Counted from the first letter of the stretch, positions 49,769 to 62,700 are shown. The stretch is 64,000 nt of DNA from Mobula hypostoma (GCF_963921235.1 NC_086107.1:107510001-107574000); one strand, 5' to 3'. Translations and numbers: made by a program. Notes: a model not told the origin generated them from the sequence alone.

Positions 49769-51513
49769 CCGTGCTGTGCAAAAGTATTAGGTACATATAT
49801 ACTACTAGGCTGCGTAAGACTTTTGCACAGAACTATAGTAATTTTATGCATTGTACTGTACTGTTGCCGCAAAAAAAAACAAATTTCATGAAATATGTGA
49901 GTGATGATAAACCTGATTCTGATATGGGTCTCTATTGTGGACTGAGAGTGGGAAGGGGGCAGGGAGAGGGAAATCATGATTGGGAAAAGGAGGAAGGGAG
50001 TGAGGTGGAAGCAGGAAGCATCATAGAGACATTCTGTAATGACCAATAAATCAATTTTTTGTCATCAAATTACCTTGATTGGTGTCTCAGGGCTGGATGG
50101 GTCTGCACCCGCACTACCTCCTCTGTCCCTGGCACTTCTCTGTCATTTGTCCCACACCCTTCCCAAGTTGCTCCACCCTCACCACTTCCAACATTCTTTA
50201 CTCCTGCCAGATTTACAAATTTGCTGTCTGCTCTAAACTGACAAATACAGTACTGTGCAAAAGTTTCAGGCACTCCAGCTGTATAGAGAGGTGTTAGAAA
50301 GTTTGTGAACTCTGTAGAATTTTCTCTATTTTTGCATAAATGTGACCTAAAATGTGATCAGATCTTCACAAGTTTACAAATGGAGGAAACTCAGTACTTT
50401 TGCTACTCTCCCTAGGAGTGGGCTTCCTGCAAAGACTGCACCAAGAGCACAATGTGCAATGCTGAAGGAGATGAAAAAGAACCCAAGGGTAACAGCAAAA
50501 GACCTGCAGAAATCTTTAGAACTTGTTAAAGTCTCTGTTCATGTGTCCATTATAAGAAAAGCACCGAACAGGAATGGTGTTCATGGAAGGACACCACAGA
50601 GGAATCCACTGTTCTCCAATAAAAAAACATCGTTGCATGTCTCAAGTTTGCAAAAGACCACCTGGATATTCTACAGGGCTTCTGGAACAATGTTCTGTGG
50701 ACAGATGAGATGAAAGTTGAACTTTTTGGCAGAAATGCACATTGCTATCTTTGGAGGAAAAAGGGCACTGCACACCAACACCAAAACCTCATCCCAGCTG
50801 TGAAGCATGGTGGAAGGAGCATCATGGTTTGGGGCTGCTTTGATGCCTCAGGGACTGGACAGCTTGCAATCGTTGAGAGAACAAAGAATTCAAAATTGTA
50901 TCAAGACATTTTACTGGAGAATGTCAGGGTAGCTGTCTGTTACTTGAAGCTTAATAGAAGTTGGATAATGCAACAAGACAATGATCTGAAAGACAAGAGT
51001 AAATCAACAACAGAATGGTTTAAAAAGAAAATTCCTGTTTTGGAATGGCCAAGTCAAAGTCCTGACTTTATTCCTATAGCAATGTTGTGGAAGGACCTAA
51101 GGGAAGCAGTTCATGCAAGGAAGCTCATCAACATCCCAGAGTTGAAGCAGTTTTGTAAGGACGAATGGCCTAAAATTCTTCCAAGCTGATGTGCAGGACT
51201 GATCAACAGTTAACAGAAATGTTTGGTTGAAATTATTGCTATATAAGGGGATCACACCAGTTACTGAAAGCAAAGGTTCACATACTTTTTCCAACAAATA
51301 CATATAGTATTAAATCACTTTTCTCAAAAAATAAACAAGTATAATATTTTTATGTTATTTATTGAATTGAGTTCTCTTAATCTAGTTTTAGGACTTGCAT
51401 GAAGATCTGATTACATTTTAGGTCGTATTTATGCAGAAATAGAGAAAAATCTACAGAGTTAACTGACTTTCTAGCGCCACTGTATCGGTGCCTAAGACTT
51501 TTGCACAGTACTG
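49769..51513. mobile_element. Tc1-type mini-MITEs (49769-49835 and 50248-51513); the second hosts the Tc1 transposon
   Basis: TA-flanked TIR CAGTACTGTGCAAAAGT..AGGCAC at 50248 and its reverse complement ending at 51513. The same TIR pair occurs in a 67-bp hairpin at 49769-49835. Confidence 0.7.
50284..51482 (+). mobile_element. Tc1 transposon with decayed transposase; left TIR partly deleted
   Basis: About 85 bp of TIR match (50290-50370 vs 51400-51482). ORFs 50354-50713 and 50710-51189 give LPRSG.P.K, KNPRVTAKDL, WTDE.KVELFG, VKHGGRSIMVWGCF, QQDND and WPSQSPDFIPIA (catalytic E lost). Confidence 0.9.
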
Positions 51514-52820
51514 TATGTTAAAGTTTCTTTTAATATATAAGGGGCAATCAACAACTGGAGCAAGCTGGCAAAGAATGTGTTAGGGTCAGAATGGAAGCTA
51601 TAATGAGAAGAAGGTATGGATGGCTTTCTAGTAGGTTGAATAAAATATAATTAAAGGCCTTCTCCATCTAAATCGATTTGATTGCTGTTGTTTTTACTTT
51701 TAGTTTTCAGTCAATAAATCCAAACTTTACAATGAAGGGATGGAAATCAGCAGATAAAACAAATGGTGAAAAGATGGAACATGCAAATACAAATTCAGTA
51801 ATGCAGTTACTTTTTGTGAAATAATTTGCAGCTAACTTAAATCGCTTTTATTCTTCCTCTTGTCTTATTAGACCATAAGACATTAAGAGCAGAATAGGGC
51901 CATTTGACCCATTGAGTCTGCTCTACCATTCCATCATTTATGTAATGTTTTGAGATAAAATTGGATTTGATGTTTATTTTTTGTGATTCTTGGGATGTGT
52001 ATGACACTAGCAAGGTTGTTATTTATTGCCTGGCCTTGGCTGTATTTGTGGAAGTGGTGATGATGATGATACCTGTTAATTTTAAGGATTCAAATTCATT
52101 GTTATGGAAATAGGGTGATGGATGTTTAAATTGGTGGCGTGTGATTTGAAGGGCATCTTTACATTGATACCTTTTACCTAATGGCTTTGAGTTTCCAGGT
52201 GTTGTAGGTTGTGAGTTTGGAAGATGCTGTTATGGAAGATCTAGCAAATTATAGCAGTGTATTTTGTGAAAGTTACCGACTGCAACAGTGGTGTGCTGAT
52301 AATAGAGGGAACGGGTTTTAAAGTCAGATGCAATTAATATTTACAATACTTTAGCAGCTTTTTCTGATGAATAGCTTCTATGCTGTGTCACCCAAAATTT
52401 GAAAAGAACAATTGGAATCTTACAGAACCACTGGTGTATCTATTGTGGATGGAATTTGTGTCGGGGAATTGTGAGTGACTTTTGTAATGCCCAAGATACA
52501 GTTTAATGTGTATTTGCTTATGCACTATTTTCTGGTACCATTCACATTCTTGAGATATTCCAAAATATTTTTCTCCCAGTATCTGTAATTGTTGTAATTT
52601 ACTAGAAAGTTCTAAGATTGGTATCATCTCACAGAAATGTACTAAGAATGTTTATGGATGCAGAAGATCTTAGAATATGCAATAAACACATCTTTTGAAA
52701 TAAATTGTATTTTTGTACAATTGAAAGATCAGCTTTTAATAATTAATATTGAATTCTTATGAAAAATTAAAGGTGGTAAAACATAATTAAAAACATAATT
52801 AATTGTTATTTATATTGCAG

Positions 52821-52890
52821 GATCTTTTCACCATATGTAGTTGGGAGAGAAGATCTGCTGGGCTATAAACGCCCTTGAAAACTGTCACAG
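52821..52890 (+). other. Candidate 5' UTR exon (70 bp)
   Basis: Acceptor TTATTTATATTGCAG, donor CAG|GTAATA. More GC-rich than the AT-rich flanks. All three frames contain stops. Confidence 0.55.
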
Positions 52891-53560
52891 GTAATATGTA
52901 TTTTCTAATTAAGTGGCTGGTGAACTTTATTTTTATTATGAAGCCCATGTGTAAATTTCTATTAAAATCTGCTCCTGAGCATGGAGTAGCAAGCCATCTA
53001 GTTTGATGTCTAGAGTGATGTAGCAGTTTAAGTTGTAGGAATTGTAAAAGTACCTCTTAGAATGCATTAAAGGATCTGAGTAAATAAGAAATGTTTGAAA
53101 ATGGGTTTTATGTTCTTGTAGATTACTTATAGTTCTTCCCATCTCCTCCCTTGTCTAAGAGCTAGATAGTGAAATAACCTTAAATAGTTTCAATATGTTT
53201 ACCATTAGATACTCAATTCTATTCGCACCTGATTGCTTGATGAGTGGTGTTGGAAATGGAAGACTGTCACCCTGGGGTGCAGTTGGGACTAATGCAAATT
53301 GTTAGTGCAGAATAATATGAACTATTCGACATTATTTTTAATTTTGATAAGCAGAAAATACTCCATTTCCCAACTCTAGAGCCTGGTTTCAGGTTATAAT
53401 AATGATTATATAGTGATACAGTAAAAGTCCTGCTGGTGGGGGAGGTGGGTCTCAGATTTAATTTAAGCACTTATAATGAAGCCTAATTATTATTTGAAAT
53501 AAATATTGCATTTGCCATGCCTGAGTTTTAATCTGTAAAAACATTTCTCTTTTCAAACAG

Positions 53561-53660
53561 TGTTTGTACAAAAGTGTTTGCGGATATTTGCACAGAAACC
53601 CTTCTCATGCAGGTTAATGACGGGTCAAGGCACCAGGAAGCAAATCCCAAGACCTTTAAG
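53561..53660 (+). CDS. Candidate exon (100 bp), possibly holding the start codon of an unidentified protein
   Basis: Strong acceptor TTTCTCTTTTCAAACAG and donor AAG|GTAAGG. Two open ATG options: MQVNDGSRHQEANPKTFK (ATG 53607, phase 0) or MTGQGTRKQIPRPL (ATG 53617, phase 2). Confidence 0.55.
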
Positions 53661-55555
53661 GTAAGGATGTCAGGTTTGGAGTTTTTGGATTATGTTTGTA
53701 ATATAATTTGATGGCCTTTGATTGCGATTGTTTTGACTGTTCTATGAAGGGGATTCATGGCCTGCTGGCAACACATAAGGTGCTGGGGGAACTCAGTAGG
53801 TCAAACAGCACCTGGAGGCAAATGGACAGTTGACGTTTTTAGTCGAGACTTTACCTGGACTATCCAGTGCCTAGGTGAAATGTTGATTGTTCAGGGTTTA
53901 CTGGAGATTCAGTGTCACTCCACCCCGACACTTTGAATTTAATGGTGACTTGTTTTCTGCTATCCCGGATTGAGCTTAACCTTCTTGTTCCTTTTCGCGT
54001 TCTTGGTATCTTGGCTTTTTTAAAAAATCAGCACTTCAAGGACTGGGAAAATGAAAGGCGTGTCACTCTTTGGTTAGGTTGTGATTATGTGGGCAGTGGG
54101 AAAATCATCTCTCTTGTGCTTCTTGATCTCATCACTCAAGATTCGGTGTCATGCAACTCTGCCACTTTGATCTGCTAAGTTCCTCCAGGGTGTTGTTCCC
54201 GATTCCAGCACACAGTCTCTTGTGTTTCAGTCTGATTTAGATGCCTTAAGCCTGATTCAATCTGGAAGTGCTATTATGGACCTCTGCACTCTGAGACTAT
54301 AAGAGAGGAAATTATCCAAATTCCAAAAGTGGTAATTGTCCTCCAACTGTTGATTGAAGCTATTGTGTCTGCAGATGTTATGATGTGCAAGAAACAGAAT
54401 AGTCTGTCAGTGCAGTGTCCAGGCTTGTTTTTTTAAACCAAGAACTGCAATAGCTTATAAACAATTAACCAAGTGTAGAGTGAGCAACACACATCAAAGT
54501 TGCTGGTGAACGCAGCAGGCCAGGCAGCATCTGTAGGAAGAGGTGCAGTCGACGTTTCAGGCCGAGACCCTTCGATCCAGTTTTAGTTGCTCAGTTTGAA
54601 TATAGGATTCCCAAATGAAAGTTGTACCAAGCATTTGTGTTTTTTAATCCATCAAACATTAATGGAAAATGTTGAAGTCCTCTTGGTTACACTGAATATC
54701 TGACATACCATATAAATTGGTGCATAAGACTTCAACCTCACTTTCTGTGGTTCTTCAGCTTGGGACTTCTGCTCAATCTTTTCACTGCACTTCGTTAAGA
54801 ACCAATCTGGTATAGGTTGGAAGCCCTTTATGCAGCTTTAAAAGCTCATCTATTGCAGGTGTGGAAAAAATAGAGACTAAATAATGATCATGTTACCATT
54901 TAAAACATAGTTTTAGTAGATAGTCAGCATGCTTGAACTATTTTTATGTCCAGGAAGTGATGCACGGCATTAATGTCGAAACTACTTTTAGAAACCTGCT
55001 CTTCTATACAAAGAATAACCACTCTGGGTATTTTACTTTGAGTAACTTTTAAGTAAGTTGAAATCTCTTAAGTCAATTGTCTTCTATCTGTTACAATATC
55101 ATAGTAGGGGTGAGTTAGATAATAAAGTTACAATTGGGTTTGCATACTGAGATTTTTTAGTGCATTTCCTTCTTCTTGGTTCAATTCTGTAAATTAATCT
55201 CATACAATCTACCACTCAGTCAGAATGTTTTCATTTAGCTATTACCACAGGACAAGAACATAAAATGTTCCAATGCAACATCTGAGGATTAATTATAATA
55301 GCCAAATGCTGATCTTTATCAGGATGTGTGATTGAGGCTCAGTATCTGTTCAAGTGGTCAGGTAAGTATTCAGAATGTTGCAAAGGAAGGAAAGTAAGGT
55401 GTTTTCCAGGCAACACACACAAAATGCTGGGTCAGGCAGCATCTGTGGAGGGAACACCAAAAGGCTGAATGGCATACCTCAGCTTCTATTTCTTTTTATA
55501 TTCTCAACAAAACTAGTATCTGCCTTACTGCAAAGTAGAGCAGTGTATAAAATAT

Positions 55556-56125
55556 AAACATGAGGAAGTCTGCAGATGCTAGAAATCCAAAGCAACACAC
55601 ACAAAATGCTAGAGGAAATCAGCAGATCAAGCAACATCTATGGAAATGAATAAACAGTTGCCGTTTCGGGCTGAGACCCTTCTTCAACACGAGAAGGAAG
55701 GGGGAAGATGCAGGAATAAAAAGGTGGGGGAAGGGGAAGGAGGCTAGCTAGAAGGTGATAGTGAAGTCAGATGGTTCGGAAAGGTTAAGGGCTGGAGAGG
55801 AAGGAATCTGATAGGAGAGGAGAGTGGACCATAGGAGTAAGGGAAGGAGGAGGTGGCCTGGGGGAAGTGATAGGCAGATGGAAAGAGATGAAAGGTCAGA
55901 GTGGGGAATGGGTAGGGGAGATTTTTTTTTTACCTGAAGGAGAAATCAATATACATGCCATCAGATTGGAAGCTACCAGATGGAATATAAGATATTGCTC
56001 CTCTACCCTGAGGATGGCTTCATCTTGGCACAAAAGGAAGGCATGGACCAATATATTGGAATGGGCATCGGAATTAAAATTTTTGCCAACAGGAAGTTCC
56101 GCTTGTAGCGATGGCGCAAAGGTGC
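55556..56125 (-). mobile_element. Penelope 3' fragment (endonuclease end, degenerate hammerhead, full tail)
   Basis: ORF 55896-56141 has CQDEAILRVEEQYLIFHL. GTTTCGGGCTGAGACCCTTCTTCA lies at ~55663-55686. Confidence 0.8.
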
Positions 56126-57730
56126 ATAAAATGTTAGCCAAGGTTGCCTAGGTAATAGCCATCTTGTACTTAAAATAAAATATGTAAGTAAGTTAGTGAT
56201 GTACCTGAGTGATGTAATTCTTTGTTATCTGCTCACCACTTTATTAAGATAATGATTTTTGTGTTTGTGATTGAGGTTTGCTCTATTGAGTTGCTTGACT
56301 TGCTACTTTAAAAGTCTGTAAAATTATGTAAGCATAAATGGATTTGCACCAGTGGAGGTTGCACGAGACATTTCATGTCATAAATTTCCTAGTACAACCA
56401 TAATAAAAACTATCTCAATTGTCTCAATAAGGTTCTATGTTCTTTATTTTCCCTATTTAAAATAGGATAGCCCGTCTGATTGCTCTAAAATTTGACAAAG
56501 TAGTGGAATATTTATGACTCCTCAATTGATTAGATTTGTCAAATATTCCAAGAAATCATTGTTGTCAACTTGATTGCTTCTTGGAGAAGCCATTTGAAAC
56601 ATTCATGGCTATCAATTTAAAAATAATTGTGTAATCAGTCTTACTTTGACCACACTTCTGAATTTATTATGGTGAACTGGGTCTATCAGAAAGCATTTCT
56701 TGAGGCAAACCTTGAAAGCTGAAAGGATTCTAGCCTGTGAGCCTTTTGTCTATTCTACATAAACTCAAGATTCTGCTGTTTCTCGCTGAAGCTGAAGTAT
56801 CTGATTCTAAGCTGAACAGTTTGTCTTTTCTAGCTATTTTCTGGCACTATCAGTGCTCTAGCTATAAGTATTACTGCAAAGACTTATTTTTATTATTCCT
56901 TATTCTTAATTGCCCTGAGTTTGAATTGAGTTTGACAGGCCACTTCGGGGCACCTGAGAATAAATCATATTGGTGTGAACGTGTGCACTACACTGAATTC
57001 ACTGTTTTGTTTACAAAGCACTGCATGACCCAAGAGACAATTTGAGTTATTTACTATTGAATGTACAGTTTCAATGGCAAGTACAGTGATATCTCAACTG
57101 TTTTCTATGTGGTAATATTTTTCTAGATTTTCCCCAGTTCCATCATCTCTTCAGTAAGTTATCTATATGTCCTTTGTTGCCCTCCATTTGGGTTGTGCTG
57201 TCTTTTTTTAAATCACTAGTAGTGGATTTATTTAAGTACCATTTTGGAGGCCTGTGCACATTAAAAATCTCAACAGTCCATTTTGTTTTGGATGAGACAT
57301 TAACCTGACACCTTGCCTGCCTGCCTTTCCAATTTGATAGGCTTGAAGGATCTTGTGGATCTCCCTCAGTTATTCTGGTTGATATTGCTCAGTTAAAGCT
57401 ACAAATAACAGTATCTAGTCATTTTCATTATACGTTTTATGCACAAATGAGTTCCTTTGTTTTCTGCAAGTCATTCCAGTCAATTGAAGTGAAAGATGGA
57501 ATGTAAATGCAGACCTGTCTTTACCTGATTCTTAATGATGAATATCAGTAAACTGTTTGTTTATGAAGCCAGCTGGTGGTGTAGTGGCATCCTCACTAGA
57601 TTTCAAGGTGAGCGGTTTCGGGTTCGAATCAGCTAGCTCCCTGCCTGCTTTCCATCCGTGCTATGTTGAGTGTCGAGCTAGTAACTCAGCCTTGTTAAAA
57701 AAACGAACAAAAATGCTAAAGAAATGGCAA

Positions 57731-58484
57731 CACGGGGAAATCTGCAGATGCTGGAATTTCAAGCAACACACTTAAAAGTTGCTGGTGAATGCAGCAGACC
57801 AGGCAGCATCTCTAGGAAGAGGTACAGTCGACGTTTCGGGCCGAGACCCTTCGTCAGGACTAACTGAAAGAAGAGATAGTAAGAGATTTGAAAGTTGGAG
57901 GGGGAGGGGGAGATCCAAAATGATAGGAGAAGACAGGAGGCCGCCCACTTTAATTCCATGTCCCATTCCCATTCTGATATGTCTATCCACGGCCTCCTCT
58001 ACTGCCAAGATGAAGCCACACTCAGGTTGGAGGAACAACACCTTATATTCCATCTGGGTAGCCTCCAACCTGATGGCATGAACATAACTTTCATTAATGC
58101 CCCACCTCCCCTTCGTACCCCATCCGTTATTTATTTATATTATTATATATATAATTATTATTTTTTTCTCTCTTTTTCTCCCTCTGTCCCTCTCACTATA
58201 CTCCTTGCCCATCCTCCGGGATTCCCCCCTCCCCTTTCTTTCTCCCTAGGCCTCCCGTCCCATGATCCTTTCATATCCCTTTTACCAATCAACTTCCCAG
58301 CTCTTGGCTTCATCCCTCCCCCTCCTGTCTTCTCCTATCATTTTGGATCTCCCCTCCCCCTCCCACTTTCAAATCTCTTACTATCTCTTCTTTCAGTTAG
58401 TCCTGACGAATGGTCTTGGTCCAAAACGTCGACTGTACCTCTTCCTATAGATGTTGCCTGGCCTGCTGCGTTCACCAGCAACTT
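57731..58484. mobile_element. Short Penelope-like element as a tail-out inverted pair (minus arm 57731-~57940, plus arm ~57941-58484)
   Basis: 14-bp TSD TAAAGAAATGGCAA at 57717-57730 and 58485-58498. Endonuclease C-terminus HFN..HGLLYCQDEATLRLEEQHLIFHLGSLQPDGMN. Hammerheads at 57825-57862(-, intact) and 58398-58435(+, GAAA mutated). Confidence 0.92.
57825..57862 (-). ncRNA. Minimal type-I hammerhead ribozyme motif
   Basis: Reverse complement reads TAGTC-CTGACGA-AGG-GTCTCGG-CCC-GAAAC-GTC-GACTG. Confidence 0.75.
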
Positions 58485-58758
58485 TAAAGAAATGGCAAGG
58501 TTGCTGCCCGATGCGCCACAAAGCACGGAAAGGAACAACAATTTGTCTGTAGGAGCAACTGAGCTTTAGCAAAACCTGTGCTGTCATTTGAATTTTCTCA
58601 TTGATACCATGTAGTCAAGCACTTGGTATAATTTCTGCCACTGTTTTAACTAGAAGAAGCTAAATTAACTCTGGGATGTTTCTTGTCTGGAAACTGAGCT
58701 TTTTGCTGGATAAATATTAGACCATGGGGAAAACTTAAGGAACATTTCAACATTTTAG

Positions 58759-58869
58759 TACACAAACAAGAGAAAATATGCAGATGCTGGAAATCTGAGC
58801 AACACACAAAACGCTGGAGGAACTCAGTGGGCCTGGCCTCAGTGGCCTCCAGCATTTTGTGTGTGTTTC
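58759..58869. mobile_element. Minimal inverted Penelope insertion (~110 bp)
   Basis: TSD TCAACATTTTAG at 58747-58758 and 58870-58881. A minus arm with full tail faces a plus arm CCTCCAGCATTTTGTGTGTGTT that has no tail. Confidence 0.7.
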
Positions 58870-59379
58870 TCAACATTTTAGCAATTTATTTTGGAATTTT
58901 GTTATGGTAAAGTTCCTACCTTAGGCTTAGACCTGCTTTTATTTTTTGTCTCTCCTTTCAAGCATGTTTGTAATTAATCAGAGCACCATGTACATTGTGG
59001 GGACTTTTAATTGCTTCCTGCTGTAACAGTAAGGAGATATGAGACTGTGACACCAGTGTGTAGGACGTGAACTGGATGCAGCTGACTGAAAGAAGTCATT
59101 GAGCCTGCGTTGAATTAATATTAGTGGAAATGAATTATCGATGTAAAACATGCTTCACTGACCCTGTCCTTTCAGCTGTCTCTGTTATTCCAATGCTTTT
59201 GTATCATCTGAATTTTTTTGTGAATAAATTGTATGAGGCTAAAAGGGAAGTTAGGAGTATGTAAATACTGAATTTCTGTTTATCCAATATTCTCCAGAAA
59301 TCAGTGGCTATCCTATATTTTGGTGAAGTGATTCTTGTTTATTAGTGAGCTTTGACAGTGACTGTTGCTGTGTGTCTGG

Positions 59380-59700
59380 CTTGGCTCAGTAAGTGCACTG
59401 TTGTGGATTCAAGTTACGAAATTTGAGCACTTAGTCTATGCTGATACTTCAGTTAATTCCTGAGGGAATCCTGTACTATGGTGATCCCCTTTATTTAAAG
59501 GGACATTAAAATTGGATTCTATCTACCCTCTCAAATGGATACAAATAATGCTCTGGTGCTATTGAGAGAACTGCAGAGAGTTATTTAAGTTACTTCTGTG
59601 CAGTTTACCCTTGAACAAACACTTCATGTATAATGCCTATTCATTTTCCAACTACAACGGTCTGCAGATCTTGCAAGCCTATTTCTCTTTCACCAGGACT
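59380..59700 (+). mobile_element. Ancient Deu-domain-type SINE relic (AmnSINE/SacSINE-like)
   Basis: TTTGAGCAC..TCTATGCTGATACTTCAG..CTGAGGGA..CCCTCTCAAATGGAT resembles my recollection of the DeuSINE body. Similar minus-strand relics lie near 34400-34800, 37900-38130 and 38800-39100. Confidence 0.4.
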
Positions 59701-62700
59701 TCTGAGTTTATGCTTTCTTTTTTTTAATTATCTTGTCACTTTTTTTGTTGGGTTAGGGTTCTTGTTCACAAAATGTCTAACTGTCTGTAGATTCCCTTCA
59801 TTTTAACCATGATGTCACTTCAGAAGTGTTCCATGAGATGTAAATTGCTTTAGGTTACTCTGAGATTTTGAAAACTTACTATAGAGATTGTTCTGTATTC
59901 CCATTCATCCTTGCGAGAAATTGAGGCCAACTGGATTCTGGTGTTCATTTTCAGTAATGCATCACTGACTTGTGTTAAGGAATGTGGAGCCCTTAACATT
60001 TTATTTGTTCACTAGTCCAGGCATGTAGGTGGTTTTCATAGCACTCGGCTTTTACTTAAAACCTTTAGCTTCTTCATCTGTTGCTTTTATTTGTTTCCTT
60101 GATCTTTGCACTCTTTTCAGAATTGAAAATAACAATGTATTAGCTGCTATAATGTAATACCATGCACTGGATTGTGTATTTTCTTCATTAATCGTGCAGT
60201 TTTTAAGCAGATGTGCTGTAAATGAGAATGCTGACTTCTGGAGCTGATCACTATCCTTCAAGATCCAAAGAAAGCGTGAATAGATATTGGGTGGGGATGT
60301 GTTCAGATACTTCTGCTACCCTCTCTGTGATTCTGAATGTTGTTAGGAAGGAGCCAACGTCAAAGTTATTTAACTTCAGATAACTGGTGTGCATGGGACC
60401 AAATCAAATCACTACATAATGAGAAAAGTGGGAAAAATGTGCAGGTTCATTGATTTTAAGTTTTAATCTAGGACTAAGGTATGCTTAGAAATGTCATGGT
60501 TCCTATTATGAAGTGATGTCCCATGAAGTCAGAGGCTAAATGCTGTTATTTTCTTGCTTGCCTACCATCCAAAATAATTTATGCAAGTATGGAGCATATT
60601 TATTATTTGTTCTCTTGTTTATTATTTATCAGAGACAAACTAATCAGAATCATTAAAAATAATTGACGTTCATTCCATTTCTACACTGGTTGAAAAGAGT
60701 TATCCAATTTAATTTCACCTCTCAACCGTAGACATATAGCCCTATCAGTTAATTGTACACATACATGTATTTTTTAAAGGTGATTATCAGAGTCAGTTTT
60801 ATTATCACTAGTGTGAAATGTGTTGTTTTATGGCAATACATAATAAGATATAAAAACAAATAGTGCAGCAAGAGAGCGAAAGAATACGGTAGTGTTCATG
60901 GGTTAACGGACCTTTCAGAAATCTGAGGGCAGAGGGGAAGAAGCTGCTCCTAAAGTGTTGTGTGTACCTCCTCCCTAATAGCAGTAATGATAAAAGGCCA
61001 TGTCCTGGATATTGAGGATCCGTAATGATGGATGCCATTTTCTTGAGGCATCTTCTTTTGAAGGTATCCTCGACGGTGAGAAGGACTTTCTAGTGCCTGT
61101 GTTGGAGCTTGCCGAGTTTACAACATTCTGCAGTTTTTTTCACCTTCTGTGAATTGGTGCCTCCATACTAGGTGGTGATGCAAACAGTCAGAAGGCTCTC
61201 TGTGGTACATCTGTAAAAAAAAATATTGTTTGTCTTGGGTGGCATACCAGATCTCCTCAAAATTGTAATGAAATATAGCTGCTGGCATGCCTCATTCATA
61301 ATTGCATAAGGATGAAGAGTATACATTTTTTCTAAAACACCGCATTAGAGGTTCTCCATAGCCCAGTGGGGCCTGATTTAATTTTTCCTATTGAAGACTG
61401 ATGAGTTTTTTTTCATATCTATTTTTGAGGCGCACTTCTGAGATTTTCTTTTGAATTAGTTGTTTCAAATTTGAGCTTATTCATCTCAATTGAAAATTAT
61501 ACCTATCATTACCTTGCCACGAAAGAATGAGTGATTGCAGAGCGTCATTAGAAAGATGTGTGTGACCTGCATTTAGCTCAGTAGCAAAACAACATAGAAA
61601 TCTGTGTTTTGGCAAGTTAGGTTGAGCATAGAATGTGCACTGCATCTTTAATTTTTCTAAAATCTCTATAGGGCCCCTCCAAAGCCTTAAGGGGGTCTAA
61701 TTATAATTCTTCTCATTGAAATTTGATGAGATTCTTTCAGATCTATTTCTGAGGTACTTAGTATTTGGGTGGACCTGACTTCAGTACTTTTGACTGATAC
61801 CAGTACCTGAACCACAAAGGGAAACTGAAAATTTGTGCATCAGGTGGGAAACCAGCTACAATTAAATCATAGACAAGTATATCTGAGAGAAAGAGCCACA
61901 TTTAGTGAGATACGGAATGAATGCCTTTTATTTACAATGACCGAAAAATCTTTCTTTTTGGATCCCAGTGGTGGAATGGATAAAACTTGCCATATTAATC
62001 TATTTCTAACTAAAGTTTGAAAGCAGAGCTTGATTGCCCTGGCTGTGCCATCATTAATACTTTTGACTTGGGGGGCGGCGGGGGGGGGAAATTGCACACT
62101 TAACCCTTAAATGGCAAATGTGGGGATTCCCTAAGTGGTTAGGGAACTGCAAAAGAAAAATATGTAAAAGATTGTAAACTGATTGACTGAGATGAATATA
62201 CAATGGTTTATAAAGCAGCTGTTGAAGCCTTAGTTCAAATGGTATATGATCATAGACAAGAAAAAATTGGAGATGTTACTTTAGGCGTAGCTAGATATTT
62301 TTATCATGTGTTACATTTATTTGACATTGTATGAAAGCAGATGAATTGAAAGCTTGTACTAAAACATCATTTATTTGGGAAAATGTTAAATAGTTTGACC
62401 TGATAAACAATATGGAAATATATTTGACATTGGTAAGAAAGCTTGCTTCAAATTTACTCAGATTAGAAAATGGTGAAGTTTAACAGCAAGGGGCAAGGAT
62501 TTGTTTATAATGTATTGGCCTTAATCTTAAAACTCAGTGCTTTTTTCAAAGTCATTTATATATTATTTGTCCAGAGTTGGAAGTAAAACAAAATCTAAAT
62601 ATTCTTAAAAATACAAAGTCAATTTATCATCAAAGTACATATATGTACCTATACAACCTTGAGATTTGTTTTTCGCTGGCATTCACAGTAAGTACAAAGA

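Larger units (their letters stand above)
57571..58541 (+). mobile_element. tRNA-derived SINE interrupted by an inverted Penelope insertion
   Basis: A-box-like TGGTGTAGTGG (~57577) and B-box GGTTCGAATC (57621-57630). The body continues after the second TSD and ends in an AAC-repeat tail. Confidence 0.6.

Noticed and set aside
50354..51189. Active or domesticated transposase
   Set aside because: Frameshifted, N-terminus deleted and the third catalytic residue lost.
53607..53660. Assigning a gene name from loose resemblance to zinc-finger N-terminal motifs (ZEB/HIVEP-like)
   Set aside because: The peptides are too short, the frame is ambiguous and the match is weak.
57571..57645. tRNA gene
   Set aside because: A/B boxes are present, but I see no convincing cloverleaf or adjacent T-run terminator, and it continues into a SINE-like body.
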